Source: Candidatus Aegiribacteria sp. | Lineage (GTDB): Bacteria; Fermentibacterota; Fermentibacteria; Fermentibacterales; JCC-6 | Direction: 5' to 3' | Assembly (NCBI GenBank): GCA_046498225.1 | Contig: JAWOBF010000019.1 | Span: 1 to 61,280, forward strand | DNA: 61,280 nt | Shown here: piece by piece, positions 17,350-25,788 of the stretch | Layout: every line of letters begins with the position of its first letter | How positions within the stretch are numbered: position 1 is the first letter of the stretch | The notes under the pieces: generated by a model | What the model was told of the DNA's origin: nothing | Database searches by the model: none | What the model saw: only the letters and a program-made list of their open reading frames with translations | Made by a program: the position numbers and the translations under genes

Positions 17350-18041
17350 TCCGCTCCCTCACCGGCACCAGTCTCATAGAGTATCCAGGGAAGATATGCT
17401 CCATCCTTTTCCTGTCCGGATGCAACCTCCACTGCCCTTTCTGCCATAACCCGGAACTGGTGCGGCCGGACATGCTGGACGAAGAGTGCGGTCTTTCCCA
17501 TGAGCAGGCGATAAGCGAACTGAAGGCCAGAGAAGGTTTCATAGAGGCTGTCACCATCACCGGAGGCGAACCTCTCCTCTACGACGGAATAGAGGAGCTG
17601 ACAGGCCAGATAAAGCGGGAGACGTCACTGTCCGTCAAACTGGACACGAACGGTACGCTGCCCGACAGGCTGAACGGAATACTCCACCATGTGGATTACG
17701 TGGCGATGGACCTGAAGAGTTCTCCACGCGGGTATCTCAGGGCAACGGGTGAAAAAGCCGTGTTCGGCGATATCAGGGAATCCATCGGAATAATAAGATC
17801 ACTGCCCGCATACGAGTTCAGGACCACCATGGTCCCGGGTATCGTGGACCGTGACGGCGTGATGGAGATACTGAGCGAGACGGGCAGAGTGAACAGGTAC
17901 ATCCTACAGACCTTCCATTCCGGCAAGACCCTTTCCCCTGAACTCACCGGCCTTCCCTCCTATTCCAGGGATTACCTGGAGGAAACGGCGGAAGCGATAC
18001 GGAAAAATGGACTCGCGGCCGAGGTAAGCATCAGGCCCTGA
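17346..18041 (+). CDS. nrdG: Anaerobic RNR activating radical SAM enzyme
   Basis: GCNLHCPFCHN, ITGGEP, KLDTNG, YVAMDLK, YEFRTT; operon position. Confidence 0.93.
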   Translation: MIRSLTGTSLIEYPGKICSILFLSGCNLHCPFCHNPELVRPDMLDEECGLSHEQAISELKAREGFIEAVTITGGEPLLYDGIEELTGQIKRETSLSVKLDTNGTLPDRLNGILHHVDYVAMDLKSSPRGYLRATGEKAVFGDIRESIGIIRSLPAYEFRTTMVPGIVDRDGVMEILSETGRVNRYILQTFHSGKTLSPELTGLPSYSRDYLEETAEAIRKNGLAAEVSIRP

Positions 18042-18068
18042 CCGGCCTTTCGAACGGCCGGTTTTTTT
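18041..18068 (+). terminator. Rho-independent terminator after nrdG
   Basis: ACCGGCC-TTTCGAAC-GGCCGGT followed by T-run. Confidence 0.85.
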
Positions 18069-18090
18069 GCATATTCACTAACGACATTCA

Positions 18091-20658
18091 ATGATACACG
18101 GAACGGCACCGATGACGAAGGATGGTGACGGATTGCCCAGACGGATGGTACTCGCCCTTACACTGCTTGTCATGCTGGCCTCCGCGGTATTCTGCGCCGT
18201 CTACCTGTTCAGGGAATACACGAAGGTCTACAGAATAACCAACACCGGTGACATGTGGAGTTTCGTGAGAATAGACGAGGAGAGTTCATTTCCCCCGTTC
18301 GTGGAGATCGACCCTGATGATTTTCCGCACCCTCCCTATCCGCAGAGTGGCGACCTGCTGGTAGCGGTGAACGGCCGGCCCGCCACTTGGGAGAACTACC
18401 TGAGGACATTCTCCATGGATACCCCTCCCGGACGGACCATCGAGATAATGTTCAGGCAGGGGGGAGAACTCTACACCACCGATATAGTGACCCGGTCCAT
18501 TCCCGGCCCGCTGAAGCTCCAGATATGGACCATGTTCCTTCTCAGGACGCTTATAGCAATGGGGCTCCTTCTGACCGGAGTCTGGGGGCTTGTCCGACGA
18601 TCGGCTTCGGCGGCGGTCAGGACCCTGTCCCTGTTCTGCGCGACCCTCGCCGTGCACATGGCCCTCGCGAGTACCATAGTCGCCTACCTTTACGCGTCAT
18701 TCCAGCTTCCCGATATGATGATCACCCTGTTCGCCGTACTGGGCCTGTCATCGTCCGCTTTCTGGCTCAAGCTGCACCTGCTGTTTCCACAGACGAACTC
18801 ACTCTACAGGAGCAACAGGATCCTGGCCAACGTCCTCATCTTCCTGCCGGTCATCGTCGGAGGCCTGTACGCGATTCTCAGGTCGAGCTTACCTGATATG
18901 CTGACGGTGAGCGTATATCAGACCATCTACCTGACGGGCGGATTCGTACTGCTCATTCGAAACACTGCGGGCGCCGACAGCTTCATAGAGAGAAGGCAGA
19001 CCAGGCTTGTGCTGCTGGGGTCTTTCCCGGGCATCGCCCTGTTCATCCTTTACGGCTGGTTCATCTACACAGTCAATTACTTGCAGCTGCAGCTTCCCAT
19101 TCAGACGCACATGCTGATAGTCAACATCGTGTTCCTCTTCCTCCTTCCCATTCCCGTATCCATCATATACGCCTTCAGGAAGTACAGGCTCCTGGAGGTT
19201 GAGGGAAGGCTGAGAAGGGGAACCCGTTTCCTGGCGGTTAACCTTCTCCTGGTTCTGGTCTTCTTCGGACTGCTCTACCTCTTCGGTGAGTTCCTCCTGA
19301 ACGAGGTGGGAATAAGCAGCCGGACCCCCACCCTGGTCCTGGGACTCATCCTCGCGCTGGCTTTCATGCCCACCCAGAGAAAGCTCAGATCCAGGGTGGA
19401 GGACTATTTCTACCCGGAGAAGAGGAGACTGAGAGAACTTCTGAGAGACTTCCTGGCGTCGAGCATGGTCCGGGCCGAGGGAAGCTCATTCTGGAACAAT
19501 CTGCAGAAGAAACTGGCAGACGGGCTGGCGGCGGAAAGGATATATCCCCTGCTCATGGCCGAGGACACGGGCCGGTTCACCCTTCAGGACAGCGAACCGA
19601 CGCCCTTCAGCGCTTCTGACCCGCTGGTGGAGAGGCTTCTCAGCAGGGAGGTCCCGGTACTGCTCGACGAAGCTGTGGAAAGCGGCAGAGTATCGCTGAC
19701 CGGGGAGCAGCAGAGATGGTTCGAGGAGCGGAAATGCGCCGTGATCCTGCCCCTGACAGCTGGTTCCGGTCTGGTGGGTTTTCTGGCGATAAGCAGCAAG
19801 ACCAACGGGGAGGATTTCAGCGCCGGGGAACTCGAGCTTCTTAGCAGCTTCTCCGCCCAGATAGCCCTGGTGGCGGAGAACATCCAGCTCCTTCAGGAGA
19901 GGATAGAGAAGCAGAAGCTGCAGGAGCAGCTGTCTGTAGCCAGAAGGATCCAGCAGGGACTTCTTCCGGGAGAGATACCCCGAATACCGGGGCTGGAGAT
20001 CAGGGCCCTGATACGCTTCTGTCTCGACGTTGCGGGGGACTATTACGATGTGATGCCTCTGAAGGATGGCAGGGTCACCATAGCCGTGGCCGACGTGGCA
20101 GGAAAGGGCGTGGGTCCCGCCCTGCTCATGGCGAACCTTCAGGCGTCCCTCAGGACCACGAGGGATATGGGCATATCCCTGGCAGAATCCGCCGCAAGGA
20201 TGAACTCCCTCATCTACGACAACACGCCCTCGGAACTCTTCATCACTTTCTTCATGGCCTGTGTGGACCCTCAGACGGGCAGGGTCAGCTACGTGAACGC
20301 AGGTCATGACCCTCCACTGCTGGTGAGGAGTAGCGGAGAATCGGAGAGACTCACCGAGGGTGGTCTGCTTTTCGGAGTGGCCAGAGAGGCCAGGTACACG
20401 GAGGGGCTGGTGTCCTTCGACCCGGGTGATACCATCCTGATGTATACCGATGGCGTCAGCGAAGCCATGAACCCCCGGGGGGAAGAATTCGGTGACCGCA
20501 GGATAGAGGCCCTTGTGCGGGAGAACCTGGACATCGGCCCGGAAAGGCTCCTGGAGACGATAGACAGGAGTGTGGAGCGGTTCCACGGCTCATCGAGCTA
20601 CTCAGATGATTTCACTCTGCTGGCGGTGAGACGGAGTTCAGCCCGCGGCAGCAGCTAG
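18091..20658 (+). CDS. Membrane-bound SpoIIE/RsbU-type PP2C phosphatase (PDZ-like, multi-TM, GAF)
   Basis: GDLLVAVNG PDZ-like segment; many TMs; GAF with FSAGELELL; AGDYYD, ADVAGKG, NAGH, YTDGVSEA, DDFT. Confidence 0.92.
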   Translation: MIHGTAPMTKDGDGLPRRMVLALTLLVMLASAVFCAVYLFREYTKVYRITNTGDMWSFVRIDEESSFPPFVEIDPDDFPHPPYPQSGDLLVAVNGRPATWENYLRTFSMDTPPGRTIEIMFRQGGELYTTDIVTRSIPGPLKLQIWTMFLLRTLIAMGLLLTGVWGLVRRSASAAVRTLSLFCATLAVHMALASTIVAYLYASFQLPDMMITLFAVLGLSSSAFWLKLHLLFPQTNSLYRSNRILANVLIFLPVIVGGLYAILRSSLPDMLTVSVYQTIYLTGGFVLLIRNTAGADSFIERRQTRLVLLGSFPGIALFILYGWFIYTVNYLQLQLPIQTHMLIVNIVFLFLLPIPVSIIYAFRKYRLLEVEGRLRRGTRFLAVNLLLVLVFFGLLYLFGEFLLNEVGISSRTPTLVLGLILALAFMPTQRKLRSRVEDYFYPEKRRLRELLRDFLASSMVRAEGSSFWNNLQKKLADGLAAERIYPLLMAEDTGRFTLQDSEPTPFSASDPLVERLLSREVPVLLDEAVESGRVSLTGEQQRWFEERKCAVILPLTAGSGLVGFLAISSKTNGEDFSAGELELLSSFSAQIALVAENIQLLQERIEKQKLQEQLSVARRIQQGLLPGEIPRIPGLEIRALIRFCLDVAGDYYDVMPLKDGRVTIAVADVAGKGVGPALLMANLQASLRTTRDMGISLAESAARMNSLIYDNTPSELFITFFMACVDPQTGRVSYVNAGHDPPLLVRSSGESERLTEGGLLFGVAREARYTEGLVSFDPGDTILMYTDGVSEAMNPRGEEFGDRRIEALVRENLDIGPERLLETIDRSVERFHGSSSYSDDFTLLAVRRSSARGSS

Positions 20659-20676
20659 TCATTCCCTGAAGGGGCT

Positions 20677-21045
20677 CTACTCTCCCGAAAGCAGCTTCAT
20701 GGCAGTCTCCACATCGATCTCGCCGTCACTCAGTTTCCGCAGAACCTCGGAGGGTTCCTGCCGGGGCGGGTCGCTCCTCAACTGGAGAAACATGCCTTCG
20801 ATCCTCTGCCTGGCCGTGGGATAGGATACGCCCAGCCTCCTCTGCACCTCCTTCAGATTGCCCCTGCTCTCCATGAACAGGTCGAACAGCTCCCTGCCGG
20901 GGCCCTCCAGGGTGCATACGGGGCAGACGTCGAACTCACCGGTCACCTCGGTGCCGCAGGATGTGCACTGCAGTTTCACCACTATGAGCCTTCCTCCGCA
21001 TCCGGGACATTCGGGTGGTATCAGGCTGTCAGTCATAGCTCTCAT
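20677..21045 (-). CDS. DUF2089-like Zn-ribbon plus HTH protein
   Basis: CPGC...CTSC, GNLKEVQRRLGVSYPTARQR, C-terminal LSDGEID. Confidence 0.88.
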   Translation of the reverse strand: MRAMTDSLIPPECPGCGGRLIVVKLQCTSCGTEVTGEFDVCPVCTLEGPGRELFDLFMESRGNLKEVQRRLGVSYPTARQRIEGMFLQLRSDPPRQEPSEVLRKLSDGEIDVETAMKLLSGE

Positions 21046-21066
21046 TCCCTGGTAGCGGGCCGTATA

Positions 21067-22020
21067 TCAGTCGCTCGAAAGACCGACGCATATGTCCCCT
21101 CCCATGGCCCTGAGCGCCAGGTCGGACGATTCCTCCCCGGAGGACAGGTCAATATTTACTTCGGATGAGCCCGGATGTCCAGCTTCATGCTCGGCCTGGA
21201 TGTCCTCGGGCACGGATACTTCGCCACCCATGGCCCTGGCGTATATCCTTGCCCGCGTATTCCGGGACAGTTCAAGTGACAGACGGCCGCCCATGACGGA
21301 AGCCTTTGAGTTCCCCCTCCATTCCTCCGGGAGTCTGATCGTCACGTTCCCTCCCAGGGTCTTCACGCTGAAATCACGGGAAATCCCGTCCAGGGTCGCG
21401 TTACCGCCCTTAGTCCTGGCTTTCACCGATGAGGCGACCCCGCTGATGAACGCGTTACCGCCCGCCAGCCTCAGCATGATCCTGTCCGCGGTTTCCGGAA
21501 CAGCCAGGTGAAGGTCTCCCGACCGCCACCTCAGGTATACCGTATCACCTTCCCTGCGGTACCGGACGTCGGAGGAATCCTCTTCGGTCCTCTCCAGGGC
21601 GGAACCACCGGCTCCGGTGAGATAGACATCGCCGGATGAGTTGCCGGCCGGCCCCCTTCTCACCACCAGCCGTGTTCCCCGCTCGAGGTCCAGCGGCCCC
21701 TCAAGCAGCTCTTCCGACCCGTTCAGGAATTCATCCTCTTCCGGGGAGAACCCGTCATCTTCCATGCCGGCTGCGGACTCCCTTATCATGCTCCGCACCA
21801 TCCTGCCTATATCCCGAAGCCCTTCCAGTCCGCCGGCCTCACCGCTGCGCAAGCGCTCGCTCAGAATGCGCTTCCTCTCCCTGGCCTTCATAGCCGGGGA
21901 GGAGTCGTCCCTTCTCTTCCGCTCACCCTTTTCCAGCGCCTCCAGGAGCCCGGCTCCCTGGTCCGCGGTTATCTTCCCGTCGGCCACCATCTGAAGTATT
22001 GTTCTTCTCTCCTCGGTCAT
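21067..22020 (-). CDS. SHOCT-like N-terminus plus DUF4097-like beta-repeat protein
   Basis: EERRTILQMVADGKITADQGAGLLEAL; repeated xxGGN/MGG beta-strands; AAGGAG RBS before ATG 22020. Confidence 0.8.
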   Translation of the reverse strand: MTEERRTILQMVADGKITADQGAGLLEALEKGERKRRDDSSPAMKARERKRILSERLRSGEAGGLEGLRDIGRMVRSMIRESAAGMEDDGFSPEEDEFLNGSEELLEGPLDLERGTRLVVRRGPAGNSSGDVYLTGAGGSALERTEEDSSDVRYRREGDTVYLRWRSGDLHLAVPETADRIMLRLAGGNAFISGVASSVKARTKGGNATLDGISRDFSVKTLGGNVTIRLPEEWRGNSKASVMGGRLSLELSRNTRARIYARAMGGEVSVPEDIQAEHEAGHPGSSEVNIDLSSGEESSDLALRAMGGDICVGLSSD

Positions 22021-22060
22021 TGTTTTCTCCTTTCGCGGTTCAAACAAAATTTCTTAGCAA

Positions 22061-22089
22061 TATATAAACATGAATTTATAATTTGTCAA
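22061..22089 (-). promoter_or_regulatory. Sigma70-type promoter with palindrome in spacer
   Basis: Minus strand TTGACA-N17-TATATA; TATAAA-N6-TTTATA dyad at 22063-22080. Confidence 0.55.
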
Positions 22090-22181
22090 TAAATTTTTCT
22101 ATTTTGTAATGTACAGAAAATATATCGTCATAGATGCGAAAAAAATACCGTGTTATAGAAAAATACGTTGATAATACGCTT

Positions 22182-23906
22182 TTATTGGGTGATTTCGCGG
22201 GTCTTCCTCGATGAATGGCCGGGAAGCGCTCCGAGCTGGCGTCTCTTTTCCGAGGGTTTTCTGGCCACTCTGATCCGGTCACCGCTGTCCGGGTCTAGAC
22301 CCGTCAGGTACATGGCGGTGGCCATGGTCATCGGGGTTGGCAGGAATATCTGAGCCTTCTCCGGCCGCATTCCCTCCTTTTCCAGCTCATCGGCGGCCAG
22401 TTGCATGTCCTTCATCCCGCACCCGGGAAATGCCGCCATTATGTAAGGCTTTACATACTGTTCTTTTCCGGCCTGTTCCGAGGCCTTTCTGAACAGCTCG
22501 AGGAATTCTCTCCAGAGTTCCGGTGACGGCTTCCTCATCAGCCTCAGCACTCCCGGGGCAAAGTGCTCAGGAGCTATCTTCAGGAATCCCGGCACATTGT
22601 CCCCGGCCAGTTTGCTGATGAATGCCGGGTCCCTGAGCGCCACGTCGAAACGGATACCGCTGGACACGAAGACGTTGCCGACCCCATCCAGAGCGGCAAC
22701 CTCTTCCAGCAGCCGAATATAGGCGGACTGGTCGGCAACGAAGTTGCGGCATATGTCCGGGTGGAGACAGGAAGGCCTTCTGCACCTCTCCATCCTGTCC
22801 CCTCCGGCGCAGCCTGTTCCGTAGAGGTTCGCCGTGGGCCCTCCGAGGTCCGTCACCGTTCCATGGAAGTACTCCTTCCCCGTCAGCCGGCCGACCTCGC
22901 GGAGGACCGAAGGAACGCTCCTGCTGGTAATGAAGCGCCCCTGATGGAGCCCGAGGGCGCAGAAGCTGCACCCTCCGGAGCAGCCGCGGACGACGGTTAC
23001 GGAGTTCCGTATCATCGTGAGTGCGGGGATTTCCTCTTCGTAGGAGGGATGAGCCTCCCGGGAGAAGGGAAGCTCGTACAGGGCGTCCATCTCCTCGGTG
23101 GACAGGGGGATGGCGGGGGGAGCGGCGATTACGACCCGGCTGTCCGCCCTCTGGACCAGGACGGATCCGGACCAGGGACTGCTCTCCCTTTCTATGAGAC
23201 CGGTCATTTCCATGAAAGCATGGGGGTCCCGGACAACCCTCTCATGCTCTGGCAGTTCGACGTAATCGTCGATGCTCGAGCTTTCAAAGGCCCCGGCGCC
23301 CATGTATACAGCCGTACCCCTTATTCCCAGCAGGTCCCCTCCCGTTTCCAGGGCGGCGGCTATCTCGCCGGCAGCCCTCTCCCCCATGCCGTAGACAAGT
23401 ATACCGGCCTTTGTATCCAGCAGAACGGATTTTCTCACACTGTCGCTCCAGTAATCGTAATGGCTGAACCTTCGCATGCTGGCCTCGATGCCTCCTATCA
23501 CCACCGGGATACCGGGCATGGCCCTCTGCACCAGGTTCACGTACCGCAGGAGCGCCCTGTCCGGTCTGAGGCCGGGTCTCCCCCCCGGTGAATAGGCGTC
23601 ATTCGACCTCAGTCTGTTCAGTGAGGTGTAATGGTTCACCATGGAATCCATGGCGCCGGAAGTCACTCCCGCGAAGAGCCTTGGAAGTCCAAGCCTCAGA
23701 ATATCTTCGGTGGATCCATGATCCGGCTGCGGAATGATGCCTACCCTGTAGCCGAGGCTTTCCAGGTGCCTTCCTATGAGAGCGGCGCCGAAGGAGGGAT
23801 GGTCTACGTAGGCGTCCCCGGTGACGAGGATAACGTCACACGCATCCCATCCAAGGCTTTCCATCTCGTCCCTGCTTACCGGAAGCACCGGTGACGGCTG
23901 CCGCAC
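22182..23906 (-). CDS. YgiQ/UPF0313 family radical SAM protein
   Basis: GDAYVDHPSFG, GGIEAS, RGCSGGCSFC, DLGGPTAN, SGIRFD, KIAPEH, FLPTPMT. Confidence 0.95.
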   Translation of the reverse strand: MRQPSPVLPVSRDEMESLGWDACDVILVTGDAYVDHPSFGAALIGRHLESLGYRVGIIPQPDHGSTEDILRLGLPRLFAGVTSGAMDSMVNHYTSLNRLRSNDAYSPGGRPGLRPDRALLRYVNLVQRAMPGIPVVIGGIEASMRRFSHYDYWSDSVRKSVLLDTKAGILVYGMGERAAGEIAAALETGGDLLGIRGTAVYMGAGAFESSSIDDYVELPEHERVVRDPHAFMEMTGLIERESSPWSGSVLVQRADSRVVIAAPPAIPLSTEEMDALYELPFSREAHPSYEEEIPALTMIRNSVTVVRGCSGGCSFCALGLHQGRFITSRSVPSVLREVGRLTGKEYFHGTVTDLGGPTANLYGTGCAGGDRMERCRRPSCLHPDICRNFVADQSAYIRLLEEVAALDGVGNVFVSSGIRFDVALRDPAFISKLAGDNVPGFLKIAPEHFAPGVLRLMRKPSPELWREFLELFRKASEQAGKEQYVKPYIMAAFPGCGMKDMQLAADELEKEGMRPEKAQIFLPTPMTMATAMYLTGLDPDSGDRIRVARKPSEKRRQLGALPGHSSRKTREITQ

Positions 23907-24030
23907 TTCTCACCTCCCTGAATGAAAGTACCGGGATGGAAGGTACTCCAGTGTGACAGGTCTTGACAAGTCCCGCGATATCGGGGACACTTACAGTGAA
24001 CACCTGTTCAGTAACGGAAGGGAGTGGAAA

Positions 24031-24495
24031 ATGAGTGAAGAGAACGGCATGGTTTACAGCGGAAGGGCCTCCGCCGGAAGGACCACATACTTCGTTGACG
24101 TCAGGCAGGCGGTGAATTTCAGGTTCTACATATCCATCACCGAATCCCGGAGGGTCTCCGATACCGGATTCGACCAGAACCGGATATTCATCTTCGAGGA
24201 GAACCTGGAGGATGTGAGGGATGTACTCAGCGCGGCGTTCTCCGCCCTGCAGGAGGCACAGGACGAAAGGGGGCCCCTGCCGGAAGGCCCGTCCAGCGGC
24301 AAGTACGAGAGAAGCGGGAAGGCCTGGACCGAAGAGGAGGAGGATATTCTCCGCCGGGAGTTCGATAAGAACACGGACCGGGACAGGATAGCCGAGAAGC
24401 TCAAAAGAAGCTCGTACGCGGTCACGCTGAGACTGGAAAAGCTGGGGCTGGTGGAGAAGCCCGCGGAAAAACCCGCATCCGCGGGTACTGCGTAG
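24031..24495 (+). CDS. PUR-like (DUF3276) domain fused to Myb-like helical domain
   Basis: GRTTYFVDV...YISITES...RIFIFEE; C-terminal WTEEEEDIL...IAEKLKRS...RLEKLG; start ATG 24031. Confidence 0.75.
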   Translation: MSEENGMVYSGRASAGRTTYFVDVRQAVNFRFYISITESRRVSDTGFDQNRIFIFEENLEDVRDVLSAAFSALQEAQDERGPLPEGPSSGKYERSGKAWTEEEEDILRREFDKNTDRDRIAEKLKRSSYAVTLRLEKLGLVEKPAEKPASAGTA

Positions 24496-24511
24496 GAAGC
24501 ATGGGGAAGAT

Positions 24512-24955
24512 TCAGTCCAGGCCGGCGGTTTTCCTCACCATCTCATCCCAGCGGTCCGGGTCTTCCACCAGCCAGGCGGCTGAATCTTCCTGTCCGTCGA
24601 AGGATGTGAAATCCACCTGAAGCAGTCTTCGCCCTTTGGACCTGCCCAGAAAACTGGTGGGTGTCTTCAGGGCGGTCACGCTGTCCAGGGGTATTCTGAA
24701 CTCCCTGGAGGGAAGCAGCATCCTGAAAAAGATCTCTGACCGGGTCAGGATCAGCATGCCGTTGCCCCGGACCTGCTTCATCCCCGAGGAACGCAGCCCG
24801 AAGAAATTGGCCATGGGCTGGGTGAGCAGTCTCACATGCTCCGGATACCTGGAATGGACGTCCCGGCCGGCTTTCCTGAAGCGGGCACGCAGCAGGAGAA
24901 GCAATCCGACCAGCAACAGCAGCGAGAAACCTATGGAAAGCAGCAGGGGAGTCAT
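24512..24955 (-). CDS. Membrane-anchored hypothetical protein (PH/GRAM-like)
   Basis: N-terminal TM; QVRGNGMLILT...FRIPL...DSAAW; GGAGG RBS. Confidence 0.7.
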   Translation of the reverse strand: MTPLLLSIGFSLLLLVGLLLLLRARFRKAGRDVHSRYPEHVRLLTQPMANFFGLRSSGMKQVRGNGMLILTRSEIFFRMLLPSREFRIPLDSVTALKTPTSFLGRSKGRRLLQVDFTSFDGQEDSAAWLVEDPDRWDEMVRKTAGLD

Positions 24956-25035
24956 ACAACCTCCACAGGGGGTGAACTTGGCGTCACCCCTTTTTCCTGT
25001 TAGAGTCCATACTTACCTCAGAAGGACGATACGAC

Positions 25036-25788
25036 ATGACTCTGCCAGGTGCAATGCTGCTGTTCCTCGCTGGAGTGGCCGCCGGCTTCGTTAACGTTAA
25101 CGCCGGGGGAGGCTCCTTCATAACCATCCCCCTCCTCATTCTTCTCGGAGGCCTTCCCCCCACCGCCGCCAACGGGACCAACAGGATAGCAATACTGCTC
25201 CAGAACCTCTTCGCCATGAAGAACTTCAGAAGGCTGGGCTTCCGGGACCTCAGACAGGGCCTCAAGCTGGGCGTTTCCGCCACCGCCGGCGCTCTGATAG
25301 GCTCCACCATCGCGCTGGAGATACCCGAGGAGACATTCAAGGTCATCCTCTCTTCCGTAATGCTGCTGGCACTGGTGATAATCTTCAGGCCGGTCAGAAA
25401 GACAGAGTCGGACCATTCCTCGGAGGTCCTGGCCCATCCGGGGCTTCAGCTGCTGATGTTCTTCTTCGTGGGAATCTACGGCGGGTTCATTCAGGCGGGT
25501 ACCGGTTACCTTGTGATATTCGCCCTTTCGGTGGCCGGCGGTCTTTCCCTGGTAAAGACCAACAGCCTGAAGATAATCATCATAGCCCTGTACACGCTTC
25601 CCTCCCTTGCGGTCTTCGTTCTCGGGGGTCAGGTCAGATGGGTTCCGGGACTGGTACTGGCCTGCGGAACATCGCTGGGGGGATGGTTCGGCTCCTCCTT
25701 CGCGGTCAGGAAGGGCGACAGATGGATCAAGGCCATACTGGCCGCGGCTATAGCGGCGATGGCTCTTAAGATGATGGGGTTATTCTGA
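25036..25788 (+). CDS. TauE/SafE (TSUP) family permease
   Basis: GFVNVNAGGGS, ANGTNR, GIYGGFIQAGTG. Confidence 0.92.
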   Translation: MTLPGAMLLFLAGVAAGFVNVNAGGGSFITIPLLILLGGLPPTAANGTNRIAILLQNLFAMKNFRRLGFRDLRQGLKLGVSATAGALIGSTIALEIPEETFKVILSSVMLLALVIIFRPVRKTESDHSSEVLAHPGLQLLMFFFVGIYGGFIQAGTGYLVIFALSVAGGLSLVKTNSLKIIIIALYTLPSLAVFVLGGQVRWVPGLVLACGTSLGGWFGSSFAVRKGDRWIKAILAAAIAAMALKMMGLF

